Translations under genes and position numbers: made by a program
Notes under the pieces: model-generated
Databases searched by the model: none
Told to the model about the DNA's origin: nothing
What the model saw: only the letters and a program-made list of their open reading frames with translations
Shown here: piece after piece, positions 15,718-27,000 of the stretch
How the letters are laid out: every line of letters starts with the position of its first letter
Position numbering within the stretch: the stretch's first letter is position 1
Assembly: GCA_964016885.1 (NCBI GenBank)
Contig: OZ024756.1
Location: 25,792,001-25,856,000, forward strand
Direction of reading: 5' to 3'
Source of the DNA: Eledone cirrhosa
Lineage: Eukaryota
Length of the DNA stretch: 64,000 nt

Positions 15718-15748
<31 letters not shown>

Positions 15749-16953
15749 TTTGTGTGTGTGTAAAGCTTGGATGACATGTCAACAATGATAGGAACGGAAA
15801 CAAGCAGGACACTTTCATTATTATTTGGACAGCAGTTAATCTTACTACCACTGCAGAATTAACCAATAAACATTTTAGGAATAAAATATATTAACAGACC
15901 AACCACCAATGCATAATTCCTGCTTCATAGAAACGTTAACATAAAAAAATATATATGTACAAATAAATTATAAATAGTATGTTTATGTAACAATCTCACA
16001 CGTCAAGTGAGACGTGGGAAAACATTTACAAGGACATTTAGGTTTTTTGCACAGGTTAAAAATTTCAGTATACATATTTTTTAATTGACTAGCTAAGAAA
16101 ACATGCCAAACATTCCTTGAGTGAATGCTCAATACAATATATTTGTCCCTAAAAAATAAAAATAAAAATAGGGTCGGGGGGGGGGGGGGACTGAAATATA
16201 TATTGAATGGAATAAAGGCATTACTAGATTTACAAAAATTAATGTACAAAGCTGGGGGTTTTTGCCCGCTTTTCGGGTAAAAAAAAAAAAAAAAAAAAAA
16301 TATATTTTCTCTATTTACACCAATATAACGTGGGTGGTGGTGGTGGTGTTTATATACAATTTTTTTTCCCTTACTACTCACCACACACGTATAATGCGCT
16401 AAAACGGGTTGTTTTTCTACTCCCTGCATGCCTTGTATAACGCAGTAGAGTGGAGGTTAATTTTCTCACATGTATAACGCAGTAAATTGGAGGTTTAAAT
16501 TTCCTGTACACTACACATGTATAACGCAGTAGAGTGGAGGATTAAATTTTCTGTTAACACATGTATACCGCGGAAGAGTGGGGGGTTAATTTCCTCTTCA
16601 CTACACATGTATAACGCGGTAAAGAGGAGAGTTAATTTCCTATTCACTACACATGTATAACGCGGAAGTAAAGATAAACACAAAGTAAAATTTAAAAAAA
16701 GGGGAAAGCATTCCTTACGGCGCCAAAGAGAAGGGGAAAACAGAGGTGATATGAAGTGGAGTAACTAGGTTCAACGGTTGAATAGATATTAATAATTAAA
16801 TGCAAGGTGAAGAAATAAAGCAATGGTACCTTTAGCGAGAGCAACAGTAGATTCATGTGCGTCGATAGTATAGAGAATACCTTCATAACGTATCTCAGCC
16901 TTCGATATCAGACTTATCTTGCTGCCCAGATAGGGAATACCTCCTCCACTCAT
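6662..16953 (-). CDS. LSM14: LSM14 family protein (RAP55/Trailer hitch/Scd6), P-body mRNA repression factor; join(16830-16953,14275-14444,13367-13547,11991-12071,11007-11207,10342-10506,9520-9685,8263-8393,7091-7227,6662-6685), about 459 aa (432 aa without the cassette exon)
   Basis: N-terminal Lsm domain [31 protein letters not shown]...[10 protein letters not shown]...[16 protein letters not shown] box ([15 protein letters not shown]), FFD box ([13 protein letters not shown]), TFG box ([13 protein letters not shown]) and RGG repeats; GT-AG introns with consistent phases. Confidence 0.95.
7091..7227 (-). CDS. LSM14: LSM14 exon 9 (C-terminal RGG region)
   Basis: CATCAG acceptor; [46 protein letters not shown]; donor AAG|GTAATA. 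Confidence 0.8.
8263..8393 (-). CDS. LSM14: LSM14 exon 8 (TFG box + RGG)
   Basis: [43 protein letters not shown]; donor AG|GTAACT. Confidence 0.92.
9520..9685 (-). CDS. LSM14: LSM14 exon 7 (FFD box)
   Basis: EKNPTP...[23 protein letters not shown]; donor GG|GTATGT. Confidence 0.93.
10342..10506 (-). CDS. LSM14: LSM14 exon 6 (RGG + DFDF box)
   Basis: [13 protein letters not shown]...[29 protein letters not shown]; donor A|GTGAGT. Confidence 0.93.
11007..11207 (-). CDS. LSM14: LSM14 exon 5
   Basis: TTTCAG acceptor; [27 protein letters not shown]...TRGRGGR; donor AG|GTAGTT. Confidence 0.85.
11991..12071 (-). CDS. LSM14: LSM14 putative cassette exon 4 (81 nt, phase 1-1)
   Basis: TTTTTGTCAG acceptor; open reading [27 protein letters not shown]; donor TG|GTAAAT; preserves frame. 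Confidence 0.55.
13367..13547 (-). CDS. LSM14: LSM14 exon 3 (Q/S/Y-rich low-complexity region)
   Basis: TTTTTTCAG acceptor; [16 protein letters not shown]...HSIP; donor CAG|GTAACC. Confidence 0.85.
14275..14444 (-). CDS. LSM14: LSM14 exon 2 (second half of Lsm domain)
   Basis: TAG|TG acceptor; [44 protein letters not shown]...DPAIVK; donor AAG|GTAGAC. Confidence 0.95.
16434..16670. repeat. Degenerate tandem repeat of about 36-48 bp (core CACATGTATAACGC), about 6 copies, in LSM14 intron 1
   Basis: Recurrent CACATGTATAACGCRGTARAG..GGAGGTTAATTTCCT. Confidence 0.85.
16830..16953 (-). CDS. LSM14: LSM14 exon 1 (start codon, first half of Lsm domain)
   Basis: ATG at 16953; [41 protein letters not shown]; donor G|GTACC, phase 1; absent from the ORF track. 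Confidence 0.95.
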
Positions 16954-17249
16954 GGTTCACTCACGGTTTTTTCTTCGAATTTTTTTCAACAGAAAATAGT
17001 CTGGTTGTGTCTTCGGAGTAACAGTGTTATATCGACGTAGACGACTAAACAGTGGCGTGATGTGAGTGAGTCGACTCGGCTTTCTTATTTCTCTGCCAAC
17101 AAAATTTCTCTTTCACTTAACAAGATGGCGACAATGTAAGACTGTGCTCGCCGTAAGGTGGCGCTCACTGTCTTTTATACAAAAATCTCGGGGTTCAACC
17201 CGGTCAGTGCGCATGCGCTCTTTAGTCGTCCATCGACGAAGCAAACGAA
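16954..17249. promoter_or_regulatory. Bidirectional promoter / shared 5' region of LSM14 and TAF4
   Basis: 296 bp between divergent ATGs; CpG-enriched; YY1-like CAAGATGGCG (17121-17130), CTCF-like CCGTAAGGTGGCGC (17151-17164), NRF1-type TGCGCATGCGC (17208-17218). Confidence 0.8.
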
Positions 17250-18833
17250 ATGGCGGCCACAAACTCAATCGAGGAATTGTTGTCGTCTGAGGTGGACGAG
17301 AACGAAGTAAGTGCCTTAGTTGGGACTCTAGAGTCGAGGCTGGCCTCGCCTACCCACAAGGAGTCGTCGCAGGATGTATCGGACAGTGTAGTTGTTCCCA
17401 TTACTGCTCCTGCGACGACGGACCGTGTTGGGAGCAACGGGAATACTGGTGCTACTAGCAATAGTAATGTTGGTGGAAGTGGTGCCATTAAGAGCACTGG
17501 AAATACAACTGGTATCGGAGGACCTGGCACCAATCACATCAACAACACTGTTACATCGTGTGTTGGATCAAATCTAGGAATTGGTACTGTTACAGCCCCC
17601 ACCGTAGTGACTGTGGCAGCGTCATCGCAACCCTCTTCGTCCACCGTCAGTGCCCCATTCGCATCTATCCAGGCTGTCAGTCAAGGACAGAAGGGCATCC
17701 CCTTAGTAACAGCAGGCGGACCCCAAATGAACAAAAGCACAACACCAATTTCTAAAGCACCTATAGATACCCAAATTATCGGCATCAGTTCGATCCTAAG
17801 TTCTACAAACGCGACAGTAACGGGCACTGGAGCCGGTGGTGTAGTTGGCACTGGGTCACCTGCTTGTGGAGCTACTACCGTACCAGGAGCAAGTGGTGTG
17901 TCTCTACTAAATGTTAACACTCCAAACACTGTGCAAATCCCTGCAAACAGCGGCAAAATCGGAAATACGCAGGCAATTCGAATCATTACTCAAACATCGT
18001 CAGTTGTGAATACCAACAACTCGAACCCAAATGTTGCCTATGTACATCCAGTTGCAAGGCCACTGGGACCAACTCAACCACAACCTGCCCAACATCAAGT
18101 TGTAACAACAGATAGTAATGGAGCGGCGACATCTGTACAGAAAAACACTGCTACCTCCTGCGTGGTCACTAACCAGACTAATCAAACAACAAACAGTGCT
18201 ATTTACAATCTGGCTACAATTGCCGCCGAACGGAAACCTCTGATGGTCCCACATATGACTGTGCAACAGACGAAGTCGATGCAAACTGCAAATCGAATGA
18301 CTGTCCGTGAACAGATTGACCAGAGGCAGGACAAAACTGGCGGTCAGAAGATTACAACAACCACCACCACAACCCCGCCAGTCACTTCAACACCAATTAT
18401 GAAAACTGATCAAAGTACTGGACACTTTGTTATTAAGGATACAACTCGCAATATCGCCACAACAACACATAAAACAGATCTAGCGTGTCCCAGGGACACA
18501 ATGGTTCGTGTCACTTCCTCTGTTGTTACTTCATCACAACCGAATGTACACATAGTGAAGGGCATCCCGCCACAAGTCAACCCTAATGTTATCACAGTGT
18601 CACGAACACAACCCCAAGGAGTCAACATGGTTCAACCTCAAATACTCACCACCAATAATGCCACCCAAATGAGAATTGTAACTCTGAACAATCAGAATAT
18701 ACACACGTCTCGAGCGCTAACAGTAAATGCTGGAAGTCTTGGTAAAACTACCAATAACCGTTTGGGGACTGTTCGTATAAATACTTCACAACAATCTCAG
18801 CAGATCAACATAGCACCACGACCAGGAGGAACG
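17250..18833 (+). CDS. TAF4: TAF4 exon 1 (528 codons, conserved N-terminal helix plus T/V/N/Q-rich disordered region)
   Basis: First 528 codons of ORF 17250-19121; donor ACG|GTAAAA. Confidence 0.88.
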
Positions 18834-18938
18834 GTAAAATACCATTTGTTTACTTGTTGCTTTCTTTATTCTCCTCTTCCTACCCCTCACTACTCCTCTC
18901 AGACCATTGTTATTCTATTAGACACACACATATATATG

Positions 18939-19024
<86 letters not shown>

Positions 19025-20735
19025 TACACCATCTCTTAAAACCCAAGACCCAGTCCAACCCTCTTCTATTCTATTCACATATCCACTTCACTTTATCTTA
19101 CCATCCTCAATTATCTGTTAGACCTTATTTTAAATATATTCAGTTATACATTCTCAGATTCTGTTGAAAAATGATTTCATACGTTCGCGGGATCGATTTT
19201 ACACTTAGATTTCTGCTTAAATAATTCGTATCAAGCATCGTTATTATTGTTATTACTATTCAAAGACTCGTATCTAGTAAAACCTTAATTAATATTTATT
19301 ATCATATATATATATATTGTAGATGTTGTAGTTAAGGTATTTAACTGAATGTAATTCAATTCGCTGTGCAGGTTTATCCTGTAGGAGTGAAGTCCGAAAG
19401 TGTGTGACCGCCAGAAAGCAGGTTAAACAACACAACAAAATAAACAGCAAGCACTACTTCACTACATTATTTCGTATTTTCTCACACACACACACACTCT
19501 GACTCTCACCCACTTTCACTCTCTCTGTGTTCTCAATCTTGCAGATGCTCTCTGTAGCTCACTCCAACATGCCATATGTATAACTGATTTCACAACCACC
19601 ACACTCTATTAACACCATTACACTACCTTCTTACTCAATTGTAAACGATTTAGCCACCGTGCTATTTAGTTTTACTCGCAAGAGCGAAAGTTATCTTAAT
19701 TTTAATCAAAAGCAATTAAAGAAAACGTAAGTTAGAAGTTGGTATGGTGATGGTAAATTTAGTTGGGATGATACTTTCTCTGTTTGACACTGGAAAAAAT
19801 AGTTACTATTGACAGTATGACGTGTGAAATCTGAGTGTATATTATATATATATAATATACACTCAAAGTACCAGTAATATACTGGGATAATTGCTGGCCT
19901 TGTACCAAAAGTAGAAACAATTACATATATATATAGATAGATATAGATATATTTATGTATATATATTTACTTATATTGTGTGTGTACGTAACGAATTGGG
20001 ATTGAGCCTCTATATGTCCGTTCGATTTGCTAGGAGTAGCAGCCAAATGTGCTTAGAATATGGAAATGACATCTTAGATAAATCAGCTTTATATAATGCA
20101 AAAAAAGACGGAGTGGTCGTAGTTGAAATCGCTTTGATCATAGATCATGGTTAACTTGGGGCTATGCAACAACAGTTACGTGGATTTATAAGGTATTGGA
20201 ATATCTTCTCTTATAAGATCTAGTCACATATTCTACAGAAACTTATGTTATTATTATTATCAATTTGCCTTCCATCCTTCCGGGTTGATTAAATAAAGTA
20301 CCAGTAAAGTACTGGGATCGATAGAATCGACTTAACCCCTTCCGTCGTTGCAAGATAATTGACGGTATTTCTTCCGGCCCTTTAGTTCTAAGTTCAAATC
20401 TCGCCGAGGTCAACTTTGCCTTTCATCTTTCCGAGATCGATATAGTAAAGTACCAGTCAAGTACTGAGATGGATATAAGCGATTTTCCTCTTCCCCAAAA
20501 TTGCTGGCCTTGTGCCTAATCGGAAACCATTTTTACTTTTACTATAACCACAGATCTTAACTAGTTCTTTATTTTATTATTGACTATAATAGTTTGTTTG
20601 GCTTAGTATCTTAGTCCTCTATAGTTTAAAATACTTAACTACACCATCAGCAGCAGCACTAGAAATTACACCTTAACTAATTTTGTTAGAGCCATCAGCT
20701 TGGCCTTGTTTAATAGTAAATATCACACACACACT

Positions 20736-20767
<32 letters not shown>

Positions 20768-23700
20768 GATGTGTTCGGTGTTTTATTTCAAACTCGTGAT
20801 TAAAACAAAAACCAGAAGCTGACAGTAGACTGCCGAACGAACGAACTAGTTAGTTGTTAGTTTGTAAATAAAGAACAAATAAAAACAAAGCTCAGTTTAT
20901 AAGTATATAGTTCAGAATAACGAGTTAAAAAGCTACTTATGGCCTCTATAAACGGGGGGGGGGGGGTAATTGATCACGTCTCATAGCTCTCAGTCACTAC
21001 AAAGATCACAAAGTTTTTAAAATTCTTTTTTTCCCACCAATCTTCCTGACTTCAAACTTAGCTCTCCTCCGTTTCATATATAATACGATATTTGATATTT
21101 ATTTATATAAATCTCGTATTTCTGTTTTTTACGTTTTGTATACCTGAGGTGTGTGGAGTGTTGTTTTCTGATTAGATTCTGGTAAGCAGACTCTATAAGC
21201 TAATGGAATCAGATGGTGGTCACACACTGAAATATTGTTAGAATGATCTCTTGAAATGATGTTAATAATGTCAGTCAGGACACCTAGATAAAGGTGTATG
21301 TTGAGGTTTGATCAACCTCGGCTTGGTCACCTGGATGAGGGTGTATGCTGTTAGACTAGAAAATAGAAAACTCAGTGACTCTAGGATACAACATTGATAA
21401 TGTGTCCAATGATTTACGTCTGTAGTTGGGTCACCTGGATGAGGGTGTGCTTTGTAAGATCCTCTGAAACACCCAATGACTTCCAAGATATAACACTGGT
21501 GATGTGTCCTAGGATTTGCTTACATAAATATATGAAGAGCTCATGATCCTTTTATCAACATCTACAATTCTTTGCTGAGATATATATATATATATATCTG
21601 TGTGGACTGTAATGGTGTTAGTCATAGACACATTATCTTCAACCAGTTCCAGATAACCATTACTGTCAGATGGTCATATTGGTGCCACGATAAAAAGCAC
21701 CCAGTCCACACTGTAATGTGGTTGGCGTTAGGAAGGACATCCAAATGTAGAAACAAAGCCTGTGATTTCATCCTGGTGAGGCTGAACTGTTTGAGGTATG
21801 TCCCATCACAGTTGATTGTTCAACCAACACATGGTCACAGCTTAACGTGTTCATTTCACAATCATTAGGTCCCAGATTCGATCTCACTTAGTGTGGCTTA
21901 CAGTAGCCTCAAGTTCACTCATAGCTTGTGAGTGAAATTGGGTAAACAGAAATTGTTTGTAAGCCTGTTGGATGGACTGTACCTGATAGGTAGGTCATTA
22001 AAGTACTGGACTAGATGTCTCAGTGATAGGTGGGTCATCACATCACAGGACTAGATGTCTTAGTGATAGGTGGGTCATCACAACACAGAACTAGATGTCT
22101 TAGTGATAGGTGGGTTAACACAACACTGGACTAGATGTCTTAGTGATAGGTGGGTTAACACAACACTGGACTAGATGTCTTAGTGATAGGGGCGTCATTA
22201 AAGTAGTGTACTAGATGTCTCAGTGATAGGTGGGTCATCACAGCACTGGACCATATTTTTTACACAACCAGCTCCATCTGAATCTATCCCAAGTCTGATG
22301 TTGATCCAATCCTCAGGGAAAATGATAAGGGTTTCCATAAAGGAAGAAGGTATATCCAATAAATACATACCCTGTGTAAGATATCTGCCAGTTTCAGAAG
22401 CAACATCTTACCACTTTTACTCAGCTGTCTCGACTTTAAACCTTTTCATACCAACCCAGCCAAAACCAGCTTTGGTTCTATGAAGCAAAATCACCATTAT
22501 AAAGGGTTCCTATTTAAATCTTCCAACATGATTTTATGTGAGAATCATATGTTAAGTTACTATCTTAGTAATGAAATGATTAATAATTTTAGTAAATCCC
22601 TCAAAATTCTTCATTAATTAATTGAAATAGAATATGTTTCATTAGGAATATGGTCATGAAAAGCTTTCAATTTGATCATCAAGGTTTTGTTCACCACCCT
22701 ACATCACTATGAAATTCCTTATGCATTGTAAATGTCTTTAAATTATATCTGGACTCTGAGTGCAGTATATATCAATGGCAGTATGTCTTATACTGCCAAA
22801 AGAACCAGAACAAATACTGCAAGGCATTTAATCTAACACTTTAACAACTCTACCAAGTCACTGTCCTATACATTAAGATTAACCCACTATCTTATACTAT
22901 AAAACTAACCCACTGTCTTATACATTAAGATTAACCCACTGTCTTATACTTTAAGACTGACCCAGTGGTGTCTACTACATTACTAAGGCTGTTATAAAAC
23001 CTTATTCACTGAAATAGTTTTATCTGTGACATATATACATCATCAGCATAATTACACAACCATTTTTTCATGGTTAGATGGGTCCTCTCCAGCACAGTTT
23101 CTCTCCATTTATTGCATTCTTTCATCATCTCCCCTGTGATGTTCAGTGATCTGAGATCACCTCTCACCATGTCTTCCCAATTTTTCCTCAGTCTTCCTCT
23201 TCTGCAGCTTCCCTCCATTGAGATCTCTTGACACTTTTCCACCCAACAATCATCTTTCCTGAGACATTTAATCACATGTCCGTAATTGCACACCCGACAG
23301 AGCATATCCTCTACCTTCAATGCCCATGTCTCCTCACTACCATGCAACATTGCTCTTCTCACACAGACATCATACAATCTGCCCTTCACTCAAAAAATCC
23401 CTGTTGCAAGCAGCTGTGATAGCTCCATGAATGTTTTTCAACCTGTTCTTATTCTAGCTGCTATGCTTTCAGAGCAACCACCTACACTGCTAATTAGGTT
23501 ACAAAGATAGAAAAGGCTATGAACTATTTTTATGGGGTTTAGCATCTTTGGACAGTGGAAAAGCATTTTAGATATTTTTAAATCATTTTCAAATAATTAA
23601 TTTTATTTTTATTTTTGCATCCAGTTTGAAATTTCAAATAAAATTTAGTTATTTTCTTTATTCAAACATGGAATAGGATAATCAGTATATATGAATGTAT

Positions 23701-23925
23701 GTGTGTGTTCATGTATTAACATGTGTGTGTGAAGTTGTGAGTGTTTGCACATATGAGTGCATATATATATATGTGTAATTATTTGTGTGTGTGTGGAAAT
23801 TGGAATTTAAATTGAATGATAATTCAATCAAACTGACATTGGAATTGATAAAAATAATTTCTCTTTCATTTTTATAATAAATTTTTATTTCTATTTGAAT
23901 TACAGATCAACAACAATGTTTACAT

Positions 23926-24018
<93 letters not shown>

Positions 24019-27000
24019 TCCCTCTGAAATCATTGTTGTTTATCCTTTCTATCTATCCCTATCACATCTCTCTCCAACTCACCCTGTCTTTATCTTTATC
24101 ACTCCCACCCTCTTCCTTAATGTCCTGCAATGATTTAGTAGAGAATATCTAAAAATGGGTTTGTTAATTCAAATGTTTATAGTATTTTTACTAGTGGATA
24201 GATTATGAAAATTTTCAGTATTGACTTTACTTTTTAATGTGACAGTCATAGTAGTGTTTTATACTTTTTTAAGAATGTCTTGATAATGTGGTTTCATGTG
24301 GTACAGAATGTCAAGATTTAAAACCCCAAAAAGGTGCAGGCTTGGCTGTATGATTAAGGAGTTTGTTTCATAACCATATGGTTTTTAGTTCAGTCTTACT
24401 GCTCTGCACCTTGGACAAAAGTTTTGTAAGATAGCCTTGGGTTAATCAGTACAGGAATTGGCAGTTCGACAAAAAATAGATTGATAAAATAAATACCAGC
24501 TCAATACTTGATAAATATTTACTGGGATTGATATAATTGATTAAATCAAACTGATGTCACAGCATGGCCACAGTCAAATGACTGAGACCTGTCATAGAAT
24601 AAACCAGGTGTTGATGTTTTATTATTCATTTTTGTTTTCTTTCTGTCTAGAATGCCATTACTCTACCCACAAGCATTCAACTTCAACCAGGCACAGTGTT
24701 GGTGAAGAATGAACAAGGCCAGTTAGTTTTAGTTCATGCCAGTCAATCAAGTGTTCTACAACCACAGACATCTACCAATACAACAGTCTTACCAGGAAAG
24801 CTGCAAAATGTCAAGGTAAGTCCTTTATCTTTTTAAACATATTCCTATATGTATGTGTTTATGTGATATGTTTATCTTTTTTTTTCTTCTATGTCTGTTT
24901 TTCCATGCTTGTATAGGTTGGACTCACTGGATGTCCTTATCACCAGACACATTACAGCATAGACTAGCTGCATTTTAGTGTGCTACCGGCAGTAGAGAGA
25001 TTGTCTGACATGCTGACATGACTTAAGGGTTCCCTTTCTCTATACATATATATATTTATATATATATATATATATATAGTGAGAGAGTCAACAAGAAGGA
25101 AAAAAAGTGCTCTCTAAATAGATAATTTCAACAAGTTTCTTGAATTTTTGTTTACTTCCACTCACATGCTGGGAGTAGTTGAAAGCAAGAGATTGAATAA
25201 GAGAACATTGTATAGAGACTCATAGAGAAGGGGGAGGGAGAGATGGCAAGAGTGATAATCGAAGTAAGACTTCAATCTTACATAAGATTGAAAGAAAAAG
25301 TATTAGTAAGTCAGACAAAAACAGTCGGCATGTGTGTGCATGTATGTTTAGGAGGTAGTTATGTATTTAAATGTTCAAATTATAAAAAAATTTTTACTAC
25401 ATTGTCATTAGTGTCATAAATGACACTAATGACAATGTAGTAAAAAAAAAGAAACTGTATCATTGTAAAATAATCACTCCAGATATTTTAACACCTTATT
25501 TATGTAGAATTTGAAGTGGATGAAAATCAGTAAAATATTGAACCCAAATATAAGCCCCATTTTACCATCAACTTTTTGGTCACATATTCATTGGATTATA
25601 TTCAAGTATATATATCATCATCGTCATCTTTGTTTTTATGTCCACTCATCCAACCCATGCAAGCATAACAAAGTGGACATAAAAACGATGATGATGATAT
25701 ATATGTGTTTGTTTGTGTGAGTGTAATATGCAAACAGGGAAAAGCGGATGTAAAATGATGATGATGTTGATTTGTTAGGTCACTCTTCAGTGCTACTGGT
25801 AACATGTAATCCAGTACAACCTGTGCATGGTCAGGTTGGCGGCGACTAAACCAGCAACCCTACAAAGATTGCTTTGTGTGGAAGGTGATTTTGGACACCC
25901 TGCAGGATGAAAAACAAAACTCATCAAAGGGCGGAGGAAGTCAAGAGAGTCAACGACCATACAATAAAGTATTTTTTTTTTTTTTGTGGACCAAGACATC
26001 TCTTTAGGAGAAGGTCTCTCTGATATAAAACTTGCCACTTCGTTTGCATCCAATGATGTAGACCAGTTCTACCTTTTGGGTAAATGCATTCGATGTTCAG
26101 AATGGGATTGACCCCATACAAAGCCTTTCCTCACTTAAAAAAGCTTCAAGTACAGGCATCGCTTGATATGTGACATTTTTTGCAATGGATGGTATTGCTG
26201 GCCATAGGCAAGTCCCGAGCAGGAGTAAAAAGCCATCTACCGTGATGTTCATATTTAAGTCTCAAACGATCATATTACACGAAATCGAGTTAAAGCTATC
26301 AAATATATATTCATTCATTTTTCATTTCATTTTACGTCCGCTTTTCCCTGCTTGCAAGGGTGGGATATATTCTTAGAAGTTGTAGGAATTCCAGACGCAG
26401 AAAATAACTGTAGTCACAGTCAATTGATATAAACAATAGCTTAGAGAATCAGTTAAAATACCCCTATAGTAAAAACAAAAAAGTGAGCAGTAGTAGCAAA
26501 GGTTCTTACATAAAATTAGGATAGAAGGTTTTTAGATAAATATATACTTAAACCCTTTAGCATTTACATTACTCTATATTTACTATTATATTTTCACGGT
26601 AAAGGCTTTACCTCACATAATATCGAATCTATGAGATTTCGATATTATCTATTTTGAGAACAATACCTTAACATCAGTATGAGTGGTTACAGCCGGTTTG
26701 AACAGAAAGAGGTGAGAGAATTCTGGCCGGTTTAAATGCTAAAGGGTTAAAACAGTTCTGTATTATAGAACAAGGGGCATTTTCAGTTGGTTTGTTATCA
26801 AAGGGTTTAATTATTTTTCCTCTCTATTTCAGCCTATGTGTAATCAGGGCCAACCCCGACAGCCAACCTCCACCCCAACCATTCTTGCAATACAACAGCC
26901 ACAGGCACAGACGGCTACCTCCAGCCACCACACAGTCCTGCGTCAAACTGTACCAGTTAACCACAATCCTGTGCAAGTATCACCGGTTACTCAAAACAGT

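Noticed and set aside
18834-19121. C-terminal 95 aa of the 623-aa ORF
   Set aside because: Read-through past the exon 1 donor at 18833 into intronic microsatellite
21985-22250. Regular 40-bp repeats (also 32275-33094 and 16434-16670) resembling CRISPR arrays
   Set aside because: Head-to-tail units without unique spacers, eukaryotic intronic context and no cas genes
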